In this document: positions 15,501 to 30,365 of the stretch, piece after piece
Layout: each line of letters opens with the position of its first letter
How positions within the stretch are numbered: position 1 is the first letter of the stretch
Source: the human T2T-CHM13v2.0 reference genome, Homo sapiens
Assembly: GCF_009914755.1 (NCBI RefSeq)
Contig: NC_060939.1
Reading direction: 5' to 3' (one strand)
DNA length: 64,000 nucleotides
Made by a program: the position numbers and the translations under genes
The notes under the pieces: model-generated
What the model was told of the DNA's origin: nothing
The model's database searches: none
What the model saw: the letters and a program-made list of their open reading frames with translations, nothing else

Positions 15501-15884
15501 TGATGATGGTCATAAACAACTAATAAAGAAAATGAGCTTCACTTTTTTACCTTCTGTTCTGTCTAGTTGTTTAGTTTATTGAGGCCTTAGAAAAAAATAT
15601 GACAGCCCCAGAGAAAATATTGTCAATAAAAGTTAAATGTATTTATTTTGATAAGACATTGTTTTTATTGCAAAAGTAATATATACACAGACAATTTAGA
15701 AATTACAGACAAGCCAAAGAAAATGTTGTTACACAAATGCAATGTTACAATGACTTGTAACACTTTGGTGTGTATCCTTTTTTCTCTAAGCACATATGTG
15801 TAAATATATGCATTTTTAAAGGATTTCAGTAATGTTCTCATGATTAAATATATCATGCACATCCTTCTTTCTTTTCTTTCTTGC

Positions 15885-16187
15885 TTTTTTTTTTTTTTTT
15901 TTTTTTTTTGAGACATGGTCTAGCTCTGTCACCCGGGCTTGAATGTAGTGCAATTCTGGCTCACTTCAACCCCCATCTCTTGAGTTCAAGTGATCCTTCT
16001 GCCTCAGCCTCCCAAGTAGCTGGCACTGCAGGTGTGCACCACCATGCCCAGCTAATTTTTGTATTTTTTGTTGGGACAGGGTTTTGCCATGTTGCCTAGG
16101 CTTGTCTCAAACTCCTAGGCTCAAGTGATCCACCCACCTTGGCCTCCCAAAGTGTTGGGATTACAGGCATGAGCCACCATGCCTGGC
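15885..16187 (-). mobile_element. AluJ/S with TSD
   Basis: catgcacatc flanks both ends. Confidence 0.9.
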
Positions 16188-16465
16188 ACATGCACATCTT
16201 TCAATAACATTGGTAATTCTATAAGATCATTTTGGAGATTGCATGGTATTCCATTTATGAATGCACCGTCTCCTATTCAACTATGTTTCTGCTGAGACAT
16301 TTAGGTTGTTTCCATTTTTGTTTTTACTATTACAAACAACTCTGCAATAAAATAATGAAAATTTAAATTTTCCAATTAACCTTTGGTTTTTAGTAGTGCA
16401 ATTAAGTTTATGATATTAAGTTTGGGCATGGTTTGTTTTTTTAAGTGGTTGTAGAAAGAAACAGA

Positions 16466-16760
16466 TTTTTTTTTTTTTTTTTGATATGGAGTCTCACTCT
16501 GTCGCCCAGGCTGGAGTGCAGTGGTGTAATCTCGGCTCACTGCAACCTCTGCTTCCCGGGTTCAAGCAATTCTCTGCCTCAGTCTCCCGAGTAGCTGAGA
16601 TTACAGGCACCTGCCACCACACCCGGTTAATTTTTGTATTTTTAGTAGAGACGGGGTTTCACCATCTTGGCCACGCTGGTCTTGAACTCCTGATCTCGTT
16701 ATCCACCTGCCTCAGCCTCCAAAAGTGCTGGGATTACAGGCATGAGCCACTGCGCTTGGC
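16466..16760 (-). mobile_element. AluS
   Basis: Poly-T and full dimer; gaaacag on both flanks. Confidence 0.9.
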
Positions 16761-18150
16761 GAAACAGTTGTTTTTAAATTGCTCTGAAAAAATATGTGGT
16801 CTCTAATTCTCATGTATGAGAGCAAACTGATAGAAGGTATGGCTATTAAAAAGGAAGTATGGAAACTATCTGTCAGTTGAGTCATTCTTTAACTTTCAGT
16901 GAGGGCAGAGACCATGTTTGCTAATGAGATTCCTTTGCTTTAATGACTTTTTCAGTGTCTCCCCAAGGAGCATACAAAATTTTGTCAATTCTTCAAAATG
17001 ATCTACAAATTGATAAACCTCATGAATAATTGTGGTTGTAGTTAGATTCAACTTCCTTTTGATTGTGTACAATAAATTTTTTGCATACATCTTTAAAATT
17101 TTTTCCCTTAATTTAGCAGCAGGCTTTGAGGATAGGAAACATATTATAGCTGACCTTTTTTAACTGATCATTGCCCTTTTCCTCAGAGTTCCTACTGACT
17201 AAACTCTGTGCTAGGTGTCTGCTCTCTCTGCCCTTGTCAAGCCTCTAATAGTCAAACATCTGAAATTCCTCTTTTCCAGTGAAGATGCTGCAGAGTACTT
17301 GGAAGAGAAAACGAGATATTTCTGGCTTGTCTGGACAAGGTTAGACCCCCGATAGCAGCAGAAAAGGGATACAGGATGTCAGTGATAAATGGGTTGTCTC
17401 TGTTCAAACAATAGAATGCATGCATTCTCCCAAAGTGCTTGGGAAATCCCCAGTAGCTGTGTACTCCAAGCCATCCTGGTTGGATGTAGATACATTTCAC
17501 CAGTCTCAATACCCTTTTTCTTTCATAAATATCTTCTATTCTAAAAGAAAGTGAATAGAAAGTACAAGCTAATCTCACACATAACCTAAGCATAACATAA
17601 AGGAGAAATTTTAAAAATTTAATTTATAGTAAACATACATTATAGCCAGATGCTTGTACTTATACCTAGAATCGTTGTGAATGTGACACCTACAAATGCA
17701 GACTGGTACTGGAGTGATACATCGATGACTCAAATACCACAGGGGGCATCACCATTGGTATTGTAATTTTCCAGAATGATGAACTACAGTGGGTTAAGTT
17801 ATGCGTGAAGCAACATCCAGTTTTCCTTGCCTTTATAAAGTGCATTCCTAAAAATTCAGTGAGGCAACGTCCAATTTTCTTTGCATTTATAAATTGTATT
17901 CCTAGAAAATTCAGTGCATTTAAAACTACTCAAAAGTATTTTGTGTTTTATGTGTAAATTAAAGTTAGGTTTTAGGCTCACATCATTGTAAATAGGTTTT
18001 TCCTCTACTTGAAAGACATTCAAAGCTCATGTCTGACATGAGACAGCTTTTTTTTGCACGACTGACCCACATATTATTGGGCATCTCTAATCCCAGGACC
18101 CCAGCCAGTTGTACCTCATTCATTGTTAGAGCCAAAATACAAACAAACTA

Positions 18151-18445
18151 GGCCCGGCATGGTGACTTAATACCTGTAATCCCAGCACTTTGGGAAGCTG
18201 AGGCGGGCGGACCTGAGGTCAGGAATTTGAGACCAGCCTGGCCAACATAGTGAAACCCTGTCTCTACTAAAAATACAAAAATCAGCTGGGCATGGTGGCA
18301 TGTGCCTGTAGTCCTAGCTACTTGGGAGGCTGAGGCACGAGAACTGCTTGAACTTAGGAGGCAGAGGTTGCAGTGAGCCGAGATAACACCACTGCACTCA
18401 AGCCTGGGTGACAGAGTGAGACTCTGTCTCAAAAAAGAAAAATAA
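18151..18445 (+). mobile_element. AluS
   Basis: Full sense dimer. Confidence 0.9.
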
Positions 18446-18725
18446 ACCAAAACCCCCAAATACTGACAAACTTACAAATTGTCCCTTTAGGTGGGTAAAA
18501 TTCCCCTGCCTTCACCTCAATCACTGGTTAAGCAGCTCCTGACTGTTTTTCTTTTTTGGACCTGGGAGGATTTTCCTCTGAGGTACAGAGAATTAGGTCA
18601 ACTTGAGTCTGATTTAAAAAAATTATTTATGTTAAAAATGGTGCACATATACACAATTATATATAACACAATATATAATGTTAAAAATATACATATAATA
18701 AAAGTTACTATTTAAACCATTTTAA

Positions 18726-19153
<428 letters not shown>

Positions 19154-19197
19154 CTGTCTCTTGTTTTCTTAGGTCTTCTCATTGGCACTCATTCTGA

Positions 19198-19522
<325 letters not shown>

Positions 19523-20720
19523 TGCTCTGTTTCTTGATTCTGATTAGGCCAGGTTTGTGACTCAACTTTTTGTCTCTGGTGAGGCTGTCATGCTCTGAGC
19601 TCTGCCTGTGCTGCTGACCATGCCTCTGCCCCCAGCCATATGGTAACCACACATGGCATCACCTCTCCGGCAGACCCGGGCCTCCCCAGCTCTGTGGCAG
19701 TGTCGGGGACTGAGTTACCCTATGACTCCTCTTCACTCTCCCTTCTGGAAAATTCATCTTTTCCTTGGCAGGTTATATCATAATTTCATATTCATTTGAT
19801 CACTTTAGACATCCTATATTCCACCGTACAGTCCTGTTTTGTCTACACTTGTCTATCTGAAATCCTATGTTATTAGGCTGTCTGTTAGAAGAGGCAACTT
19901 GGCAGTGTGGAAAGAGCATTAGAACTGGAATCAGAGGACAGTGAGTAAAAAGTGAGAGGGCTGATCACTAGATAATCTGCAGCTTCAAAGAAAAAGTTAA
20001 TACATTAATTTCTATAAAATATCATATCTACCTACCTCATAGAACCTTCATAAGCATTGAATGCAAGTGAAAAATCGTAAAAGCATAAGGCATTATTATA
20101 TAGCCCTTACTGTAATAAAAGATGCCTAAAACATGCTTTTTAAATGACAAAAGATATAATGACATACACTACTAATTGGTAAAGAACATAAGGCTGGATA
20201 ATAGAATCTGCAAACCCAGATATAGGCTGTTTTATTTAGTAGGGATGTAGTCTTCAATAAATGTTAAATGAACATATGTGCTCCAGAAAGGTTATTCAAA
20301 ACCTTCATTTGGGGGTATTTAAAAGACAGTAACTCTCAGATATTTAGTGCTTGGAAGTCCACATAGATGTTCTGGAGCATCAGCAGATGTGTGAGGTTGA
20401 TTTCTGCCTGTTGTCATGAGAACACAGCTTGTCTTTATTGGCCTTTAGGAACATGACCCTAAAAGTCAGCCTGACAGTGATATTCTTCTATGAAAAGAGA
20501 GACTACTACCCAAAGGAGCTGTGATAGGAGACCTGAGGAGTCAGATATGATCAGATGTTCTGTTTCCATTTACAGAGTCCTGAAAATCTTTGAGGCTGGT
20601 AGCTGCAAGTCATAGTTCCAGCCAGTGCTGTGCTGAGCCATGTTGCAAAAGGAAGGATGTGTACTACATACTATATAACTGGATACATGATTTTACGTAT
20701 TTTTAAAACCAGTTATTGGT

Positions 20721-21004
20721 GGCCAGGCGCGGTGGCTCATACCTGTAATCCCAGCACTTTGGGAGGCTGAGGCAGGTGGATCACCTGAGGTCAGGAGTTC
20801 ATGACCAGCCTGGCTAACATGATGAAACCCCATCTCTACTAAAAATACAAAAAAATTAGCTGGACATGGTGGCGGGCACCTGTAATCCCAGCTACTTGGG
20901 AGGCTGAGGCTGGAGAATCGCTTGAGGTTGCAGTGAGCCGAGATGGCGCCATGGCACTCCAGCCTGGGCAATAAGAGTGAAACTGTCTTGGAAAAAAAAA
21001 AAAA
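20721..21004 (+). mobile_element. AluS with a small right-arm deletion
   Basis: gaatcgcttgaggttgcagtg lacks the usual aacccgggaggcgg segment. Confidence 0.9.
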
Positions 21005-21201
21005 GGCTATTGACTTAGATAAAAATACCACCTATGAATTTGCTTCCATTAAAACCAGCAAAATAAATTTATAATAAATTCTGATCAAATACTTAAAATG
21101 TGAGTTTTATTTAATTGAAAAGTAGATACCTACTTTTCAATTGTTTCAATACTTTAAAACTAGTGTTCTGAAAAAAATTCATATCTGCTTAAGGTATTAT
21201 T

Positions 21202-21492
21202 TTTATTTTATTTTTTTTGAGACGGAGTCTCACTCTGTCGCCCAGGCTGGAGTGCAGTGGCACAAACTTGCAAGCTCCGCCTCCCAGGTTCACGCCATTT
21301 TCCTGCCTCGGCCTCCTGAGTAGCTGGGACTACAGGCGCCTGCCACTGCGCCCGGCTAATTTTTTTGGTATTTTTAGTAGAGACGGGTTTCACCGTGTTA
21401 GCCAGAATGTTCTCGATCTCCTGACCTCATGATCCACCTGCCTCGGCCTCCCAAAGTGCTGGGATTACAGGCGTGAGCCACCGTGCCTGGCC
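21202..21492 (-). mobile_element. AluY with TSD
   Basis: aaggtattatt at 21191-21201 and 21493-21503; AluY diagnostics. Confidence 0.92.
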
Positions 21493-22571
21493 AAGGTATT
21501 ATTACATAGCATTTATCATAATTAAACATCAAAAATACATTAAAAACATGTGAATAGGGTTGTATGTTTTTCTGTTGTAGGCTCCAATATGGCTTAACAT
21601 GGAACTATCAGTTCTTGTTTTCATTTAAAATGTTATTTTGTTCTTTATGGATTTTTGCGTTAATTTAGATTTAAAAAAATATTATATTAAAATATTATTT
21701 ATCTTGACGACTGAGTTTTTGTGCCCCGCCCCTTATATTTTCTGCTTGAGGTTAGTGTTTCGCTTGCCTTAACCTATTCCTGGCCCTGGTCCCAACCCTC
21801 TATCCCAACAAACTATAATACAAAAACTGCTACAGGAATGAAAACTATGCTGACTACGCTAGAGGAGACATTCAAATCCAACTAATTTCTCCACAATCCA
21901 AGTGAGTCCAGGAAGCAACATGTCAAGTGGGGCAGGGAATGTGAGCTTTAGGGCTAGACAGATCTGGAATTAAATCCTGCCTTGCCTCCTTATCAGTCTG
22001 AGTAATTACTTACCCAGTCTGAGCCTGTTGTCTTATTTTTAAAAGGATCAGTCATTTTTTAGTGAGAGTTAAACGAGATCACTTGTGTAAAGCCTCTGTA
22101 TTCAATGAATGTTCACCTGTGTCCTTCCCTACTTTAGAAATAGTAGATTGACTCACAAACACTGAGTTGCCCAAAGACTTGCTCCCAGAAGTGCTGGCAT
22201 TGAAATTTGAACCCAGGTGTAGAGAAAGTCCTGTGCTCTTCTCACTAAATTGCACTAATTCTAGCTGCTGCAGGGTTGCGTCTTTCTAGGGACATAATTC
22301 CTAGGTATACCAGCTACATCCCAGAGAACTTGGATAAGCAGCTCTGGAGCAGAGGTGGAATATGTAGCCCTTTGACCCGGCCATATAGCACCAAAATATA
22401 AACATCAATGCAGAAATTAATGCCATCTCCTCTTTCTGACTCTACAAATATTTATTAGCAAGGGATAAGATTTCCAAAAGATCTGAAGAGAGTCAAGAAA
22501 CTTTTTTCCCCCCTTTTCTTTAGAGGCAAGATCTCACCACGTTTTCTGGGCTAGTCTCAAACTCCTGGCTT

Positions 22572-23104
22572 TGTTACTGCGGCAAATCCCACAGGTCTGC
22601 AGCAACCTCAATTCTCGTTTCCTCAGAAGAAAGAATTCGACTGAGGGGCAGAAGGCAGAAGGAGATACTGAGGCAAGTTTTAGAGCAGAAGTGAAAGTTT
22701 ATTAAAAAACTTTAGAGCAGGAATGAAAGGGAGGAAAATATACTTGGAAGAGGCCCAAGTGGGTGACCTGAAAGACAAATGTGTGGTTTGACCTTTTGAT
22801 TTGGGGTTTTATACATCGGCATACTTCCAGGATCTTGGGTTACTTCTCCCCACTCCTGAAAGCTTATCCAGAAGTTGATCAGTTTCAGGTGTTTTCTATT
22901 TATTGTGAGCCTGCCTTTCCCTAGCACCGGCTGGGACCAATTATTACTTTAGAGAGACAGTTAACAACCCCCTCGCCTGCCCAAGACTCCTGGGCTGGGG
23001 ATGGGGGAACCCTCTCCTGCCCATTCCTTCCCTCTCCTGCCCACTCCTCCCCTCTCCTGCCCTGCCCTGCTCCACCTATGTCTGACTAGCTACTTACTGT
23101 AACA
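22572..23104 (-). mobile_element. ERV1 solo LTR (MER50/MER66-like), inserted into an Alu monomer (22502-23175)
   Basis: tgttac...gtaaca termini; GCTT/GCCT 4 bp TSD; tttatt poly(A) signal on the minus strand; Alu sequence resumes in register on both sides. Confidence 0.85.
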
Positions 23105-23579
23105 GCCTCAAGCGATCCTCCCACGTTGGTCTCCCACAGTTCTGGCATTCTAGGTGTGAGCCACTGTGCCTGCCCTCAAGGAACTTGAACACTGTGCTTT
23201 TCAATATATGAGACAATTTGTAATTAGGAATTAGATATCTTTGTTAATTGTATGTATGCATTTTGGTATATTTCTTGTGATGATTGATATTTTATCTCAT
23301 TTTAGAGGCAGATTGTATAGAATAAATTGAAATTTGCTTAGTGATGGCAGAAAGCTTTGCATCTCTTTTAGGGGTGATTAGCTATGCTTACAATAAAACT
23401 GTGCATATATATATTTGGAACATCCTTATAATAAAAAAATAAGCAACCTACATGTCCAACAATAAAATAGTGTTTATATGAATTATGGCATACCATAGAA
23501 TATTATGCTGTGATTAAACATGGTATTTCCAAAATATAAAATGAAAAAATGAGGACATAAGACTGTTTAATATGTATCT

Positions 23580-23870
23580 GGCTGGGTGCAGCGGCTCATG
23601 CCTGTAATCCCAGCAATTTGGGAGGCTAGGCAGGAGGATTGCTTGAGCCCAAAAGTTGGAGACCAGCCTGGGCAACATGGCAGAACCTTACCAAAATAAT
23701 ACAAAAATTAGCCGGGTGTGATGGCTCATGCCTGTGGTCCCAGTTACTCTAGAGGCTGAGGTGGAAGGATCCCTTGAGCCCAGGAGGCAGAGGTGCAGTG
23801 AGAGCCATGCCACTGCACTCCAGCCTGGGTGACAGAGTGAGACCCTGTCTCAAAAAAACAAAAACCAAAA
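23580..23870 (+). mobile_element. AluJ
   Basis: Full sense dimer within an old L1M 3' fragment. Confidence 0.9.
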
Positions 23871-24184
23871 ACTGTATAATATAAATCTAACTCTGTAAAG
23901 TTTTTAAAAATGTACTTATGTAAATAGAGAAAACAACTAAGTAAAGATATTGAAATGTTAACGGTAATTAGTGATGGGATTATAGGTGACTTTTATTTTT
24001 TAAACAGTCTTTCATAGATTTTTCCAAAATGTCTATAAATTAACAAATATTATTTTTCTATAATTAAAAAATACTTTAAAATAGTTTCTTTAATGGTGGA
24101 GTTTAAATGGTATCCAAAATAGACCTGCCCAGTTTTATTTTGGAGCAAATAAATTTGACAATTAGAACAATTGCAATGTATGTT

Positions 24185-24490
24185 TTTATTTTAATTTAAT
24201 TTTTACTTTTATATTTTCTAAAGACAAGGTCTTGCTCTGTCACTCAGGCTGCATAATCATAGCTCACTGCAGCCTCAAACTCCTGGGCTCAAGCGATCCT
24301 GCTGCCTTAACCTCCCAAGCAGCTAGGACTACAGGCACATGCCACCAGGCCCAGCTAATTTTAAAAATTTTTGTAGAGACAGGATTTTGCTATGTTGCCC
24401 AGGCTGGTCATGAACTTTTGGCCTCAAGTAATCCTCGCTGCCCCACCTCCCAAAATGCTGGGATTACAGATGTGAGCCACCACACTTGGC
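24185..24490 (-). mobile_element. AluJ with TSD
   Basis: caatgtatgt on both sides. Confidence 0.88.
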
Positions 24491-24546
24491 TTCAATGTAT
24501 GTCTAAATAGTCATGCAAACCTTTAAGTAAAGGAAATTTTTTTAAC

Positions 24547-24730
24547 TTTTTTTTTTTTTTTTTTTTTTTAAAGACAGGGCCTTGCTTTGTTGCCTAGGAG
24601 CACAGTGGCTCTTCACAGGTGTGATCACAGTGCAGTCTGGCCTAGAACTCCTGGCTTCAAGCCATCCTCTCCTCTTGCCCCAGCCTCCTGAGTAGCTGAG
24701 AATACAGGCCGTTGCTACCATACCCAGCTT
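24547..24730 (-). mobile_element. Fossil Alu monomer (FAM/FRAM) with TSD
   Basis: aagtWaaggaaatttt on both flanks. Confidence 0.75.
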
Positions 24731-25391
24731 AAGTTAAGGAAATTTTGAGTCACCTTTGTCCTGGTTTAGCCATAGTTCATAATGTTAAAAAGGAACTTAA
24801 TTTCTGGTGCCAAAATATCACCACAGTTTTTACTGATTTGTTCTTATATGCTTTCACCTCCAGAATATAAAATAAGTTAGGAGCAAAATATATGTAATGG
24901 AATGCTGTATGTAGGGAGAAAATTGGGTTGACTATAACCCCTGAAAAAGAAAAATAATGCATCTCTCATTTGTGGCAGCAGTAAATTGAACAAACGCTTT
25001 GCTTTGTTTCCCACTTACAGTATTAAAGAAGACATTTGATATGTCATGGCACACACTCCTTTCCTGATCTATTTCCTAACACTCCTCTCCTTGTGAATGT
25101 TTACCTGTCACTCTGCTGAGTGTCTGTATCTTTTTTTTACCCTCTAACATTAACCCATCTCCTTGTCACTAGAAGGGAAGCAGATGTGAGCATAGCTGTT
25201 CCATAGTACCACTTTCCCCATCTATATGACTACCACAGAAACAATCATGTTCTTATAGAACTCTGCTGCCCCCATCTCTGTTGTTTGGCCCAGGGGTTGG
25301 GGACACCACATAAACCAGGTCAAGGACTTCTAGACTTTTCCTCTGGTAGGGGAGACTTTAGATGCAAATATTGGAAACTGTTATTATTCGT

Positions 25392-25868
25392 TGTTGTAGT
25401 TGAATTATGTCTCCTGAAAAAAGGTATGTTGTTGAAGTCCTAGCCCCCAGTACCTCAGAATGTGACCTTATTTGGAAATAGGGTGTTTATACCTGTAATC
25501 AAGTTACAATGAGGTCATTAGAGTAGGCCCTAATCAATAGGACTGGTGTCCTTACATAATAAAAAAGGGAAATTTAGACTCAGAGACAGACACACACAGA
25601 AGGAAGACCATGCGAAGAGACACAGGGAGGAGATGGTTATGTGACTGGAGTGACGCATCTAAAAGCCACTGGCTGTCAAGGATTGCCCGCAAACATGGGA
25701 AGCTGGGAGAGGCCAGAAAGGATTCTCCCCGAGTCCTCTGAGTGGGCGTGCTCTGCCAACTCCTTGAGCTTGGACTTCTAACCTCCAGAATTGTAAGACA
25801 ATAGATTTCTGTTGTTTTAAGACAACTCATTTTTAGTGTGTTATTATAGCAGCCCTAGAAAATAATAC
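25392..25868 (+). mobile_element. MLT1C-like solo LTR
   Basis: agtacctcagaatgtgaccttatttggaaataggg...ttggacttctaacctccagaattgtaagac...agcagccctagaaaataatac. Confidence 0.85.
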
Positions 25869-26469
25869 TGTGTTGTGTTTTTTTTTTTCTCATCATATGG
25901 AGTGGAGAGAACTAGTGAGAGTATGCAGGTTTTTTTTTTTTTTTTTTTGAGAGAAGCGTCACAGTGAGTCTGATAGCTTTTGAATCTTGGTTTTGAGTCC
26001 TTTCTGAGACCTAAATGCATGACTGTCCTTTCTGTGTATTGGTTATTCAATCTTTTCTTGGATTACATGAACCGATTATCAGTTTTTGTGAGGGTGGAGT
26101 GTCTAAGTTGATTGAGTTGGATTTCTGGCACTTTTCTGGCACTTCCAATGAGAAATAGCTAATGAATCCTGAGTATCTAAGCAGCCTAGGAACGTGACAT
26201 TTTCTAATACAAATGACATAAAACTGTTTTAGGTGTTGTATTACCTGAAGGCCAAAGTTCTCCTTTTCTAACACTATGACATATTGATATATTTAATTCC
26301 TCACATAAAACAGGAAAAAATTACTTGGAGAAAATACAGCTTTTATTATAAGGATGCAGGCAGGTCTCATGCATCTGAGCTTTTTATTTATTTGTTAATG
26401 CTCATTCATGTTGTCTTTTTTTCAATTGGAACCACCAAAACTTAAGAAAAAATTATGGGAGAAATAAAT

Positions 26470-27470
26470 TTTAGTTTAATGATTGAACATCTGCTATGTG
26501 CAGGCACTGATCTAGGTGTTATGTTACAACTGTGAGCAGGACTAAATCCTTGCCTTGGAGGAGTTTATAACCTGGTAGGGGAAAAAGAGAAGTAAACAGA
26601 GTGCCAGGTGTTGTGGTGTGAGCCTGTAGTCCTTGGAGCTGAGGTGGGAGGATGGCTTTAGCCCAGGAATTTGAGGCCATGGTGCACTATGATCAGGATT
26701 GAGAACAGTCACTGCACTCCAGCCTGGGTAACATAGCAAGACACTGTCTCTGAAAAAAAAAACCACAAAAAACAAAATTAAAACAAAACAGGTAATCAAA
26801 ATACTGTGACTAGGTTGTAGCATGACTAGATTATGGAGTGCAAGGGATGAGATTTTCAAGATAAAGGAGATAGATCAAGAAATGCCTTTCATGCCACATA
26901 AAAGAGTTTTGTTTAGACAAATGGCAGTGGGAGTAGGTTTTGAGCAGGAGGGTGAGAAAGGTAGGACTGAGCCTTTGAAAGTTCTAGTGCTTTAGAAGAG
27001 GCTCAGCATTTCAGTTAGGAAGACTGTGTGTAACATAGGTTTGAGATGGTAGTGGTCTCCTCCCCCAGGATGGTGGTGATAGAGATGGAGGGGAGTGGAC
27101 TGGTTCAGGGGAAATTATTAATAGGAGGTGAAATTGACAGGCTTGGTCATGGGTGGTTGTGAGGGAGAGAAAGTCAGGTGTCTGGCTGAGGAGCTTTGCT
27201 GGATGGAAGTGGTATTTGCTTAGGCAGCAGACAGGAAGGAGAGTGGTTTGGGAAAGAAGGGGGGATGATGCAAGCATTGCTGAATGTGATGGGCTGTAGG
27301 ACCAGCAGTGGGGATGTCCACAAGAGTTGGCTATATATCATTGGTGCTCAGTGGAGGGGCCAGAGGATTTGAATATAGTTAATAATTAAAAATGCGGATG
27401 TGATTACCAAGGGAGTACATATTATGTAAGAAAATCAAACAATGAGGACGTATCTCTGAGAAACTCCAAC
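26470..27470 (-). mobile_element. L2 fragment containing an Alu monomer (26602-26790, +)
   Basis: gattgaacatctgctatgtgcaggcactg; L2-type purine-rich body. Confidence 0.55.
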
Positions 27471-30039
27471 CACTCTGAAAAACTCCAAAAGACCATTCTT
27501 GGTAACTGTGCCAAGTGAATGGCCTGGTCTCTGAAACTCTACACTCAGACACAGGTCATCCTGGAGAGTGGTGTCCTTCTGGATTGTCACATACCCTGTG
27601 AATGAAGCATGTGTTACAACAATAATGGAAAATATGCAAATGAGAAAAAAAGTTTCTCAGTGCCCCACCAACCTAAATTCTGGCTCCACCCCTATTTGTT
27701 TTCTCATATTTGTCTGAATTTCTCCAAGGAGCCCATAATCAATGCTGGGTCATTCCTGGAGTCTTGACGGTCACCAGGATTCACCTTTGGCTTTTGTTTC
27801 AGTCCAAAAGTAAGAGTTAGTGTCATGTGTGAGGCAAACACATGCTGCGACTTGTTTGAGGGAACACTGAGATTTCAAGTTGAGGAAAAGCCTTCTGGTA
27901 CATGAGGTCGATTGTAGAATGAAAATGAATATGAATATTGAACTTTCCTGCCAGCAGTCTGCAGGCTTCTGATTTCAGGCCCCTGCAAACTGTTATTTCC
28001 TGGGCTTGTTTTTAAAAGCAGAGCCCAAACTTATTTCTGAGAAAGGACAGAATTAAAATTCAGCAGATAGTTGTTCATGCTGTATAAATAAATTCCTCTT
28101 CAGAGAGTGAAGGAATCCTTTTTCTCAGGGACCACAGGACTGCTTATAATGACTGTTTTCCTCACATCAAGAGCTCAGTCTTTGTGGCACCTTGACTTTT
28201 TTTGGAGGGGGCAACCAGTAGCTGTTGTCTAAATGTATGTCATGTACATTAATTTTTACCATGAAATCTGAATGTTTGGGGATATACAAGTAAATGTTTC
28301 TTGACATATGATTTCCCCAAAGTGAATATAAAAATGCCCTGATCTTGAATTGAAAAACAGAACATGTGGTTAAACTAGCAAAGACAGAAAACACTATAGT
28401 AAATATTGTCGTTCAATGATCAGCTAAACTAAAGCTGATTATTGAAGGTTTCTCCTTATTTTGTGCTTACTTCCTATCTCTCCCCGTTTCTTGTAGTTTT
28501 AGAATTCCAGATTCTCTTATGTGTTATCATGTTGGGGGTCTACTTTGATCAAGAATAGCATTTTTTAATATACTATTCCTCTGAACAATATAAGCAGCCC
28601 CTATGTTGTATTGATCTATTACTCTGACACTACTTTAAACAGACAAATAAGCAAACATTCTGATTCCTTTATGGGCCTTTTATCAGATTTTGGTGGGACT
28701 CTTTCAACAAATAGCTGATGTAACTCAGTTAGTTTGGACACTGCTAAACTTGTGGAAATACCTCTGAGGCTAGCAGGCTTCTGGCCACCATGTACTTTTA
28801 GAAACTAAGTTGTAACACTCAGTGACAGTGTTTATTCCCATGGAAATAATGTAATAATTAAAGACTGAATTCCTTGGACAGGGATATTTGGCCGGATACT
28901 TAATGATGTCATTAAAGAAAAAACACAACAGCACAAGTTTCCAAACCAATAAAAAAATAGTAAAACTGTTTTCTAGCTTCTTTAAAATGGGCTTACTATA
29001 TTGTTACTTTGATTTTAGCAGGGACCCTAATGATTGACAAAATGTACTCGTAGTACATGAAAATACAACTCCACTGTGGTGTAAATTTTCTCTAAAACTA
29101 ATATGCTGGTGATAATAAACATTACGCATTTAACTAACAACAATTTTGCTTCGTTTGCAGAATTTAGAAAAGCTTTTTGGTAGCATTTTGGAAGGCTCAG
29201 ATTTCTTTAAGACATCTGTCTAGGGAAATTTGAACTAATTTCTCTTTTATTTCCCTCTTGTAAAAATTCCCATTAGCAAGCAAATGCATTCAAAACCATT
29301 CCATTGATCTTATAACTGTGTTTTATAACAATAGCCATGAGCTTTTCCTTTCTATCCTGTGGGCTGAAAGCACTGCAGTGGGGTGTCTGAATGGCACACA
29401 GGAACCAGGGGAACTGGGAAGTGAGGGGCAGCCAGCTTTGAGAGGGACCCCGGTCTGTCTTTCTAGCACAGCAAATGTCAGGGGAAAGGGATTTGGCTTC
29501 ACCCTTTTTGTTTTCTGACCCTGTTTCCAGGAAGACTTTGTAAAAGTTGAAGACTGCCAGGAACTTATTTAAAACTATAATGGAAGTTTAAAAATGATCA
29601 TAAAATGCCAGTTTCATGACAGCTTCATGACAAAATCACAGTTTGGCCTTCTTCTCCAAAAACCAAAGAATTCCTACGAAGCAAAGCACCCACCCCAAAT
29701 TCAGTCACATCCCATCTTTACATTTCTCCCAGTACCTTCTGGTCCTATCAGTTCAATGTCATGCTGAGGATATAAAGGCCCAGGAACAAATGTGGCAGGG
29801 GATGGGTTCAATTTATCTGATGCAACCCTGCTGAAATTGTCTTTTTCTACAGACATTTTATCAAGTCATAGGAGAGTTTAACTTTCTCTCTTTTCTAATT
29901 AGTTCTATGAACTTATCTATTTTCCTCATATTTTCTAACCCAGTCCTAGAGAGAAATTTGACCTTTATAATGACTACAATATATCAAGTACTTATGATAT
30001 GCCAGGTAAAATGCTAAATATTACATGTATTATTATAAT

Positions 30040-30194
30040 TATTTGAGACAGGCTCTCACTCCTGTCTCCCAGACTGGAGTGTAGTGGTGCCATCTTGGCT
30101 CACAGCAGCCTCAAATTTCAAAGTTCAGGTGATCCTCCCACCTCAGCCCCCTGAGTAGCTGGGACTACAGGCAAGTGCCACCATGCCTGGCTGG

Positions 30195-30245
<51 letters not shown>

Positions 30246-30365
30246 TTTTGGTAGAGATGGGGTTTCACCATGTTGCTAGGGTGGTCAAACTCCTGGGCTC
30301 AAGCGGTCCACTCACCTCAGCCTCCCAAAGTGCTGGGATTACAGGCGTGAGCCACTGTGCCTGGT
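30040..30365 (-). mobile_element. AluJ with a (TG)n microsatellite in the middle linker (30194-30243)
   Basis: Antisense dimer with about 25 TG units. Confidence 0.9.
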
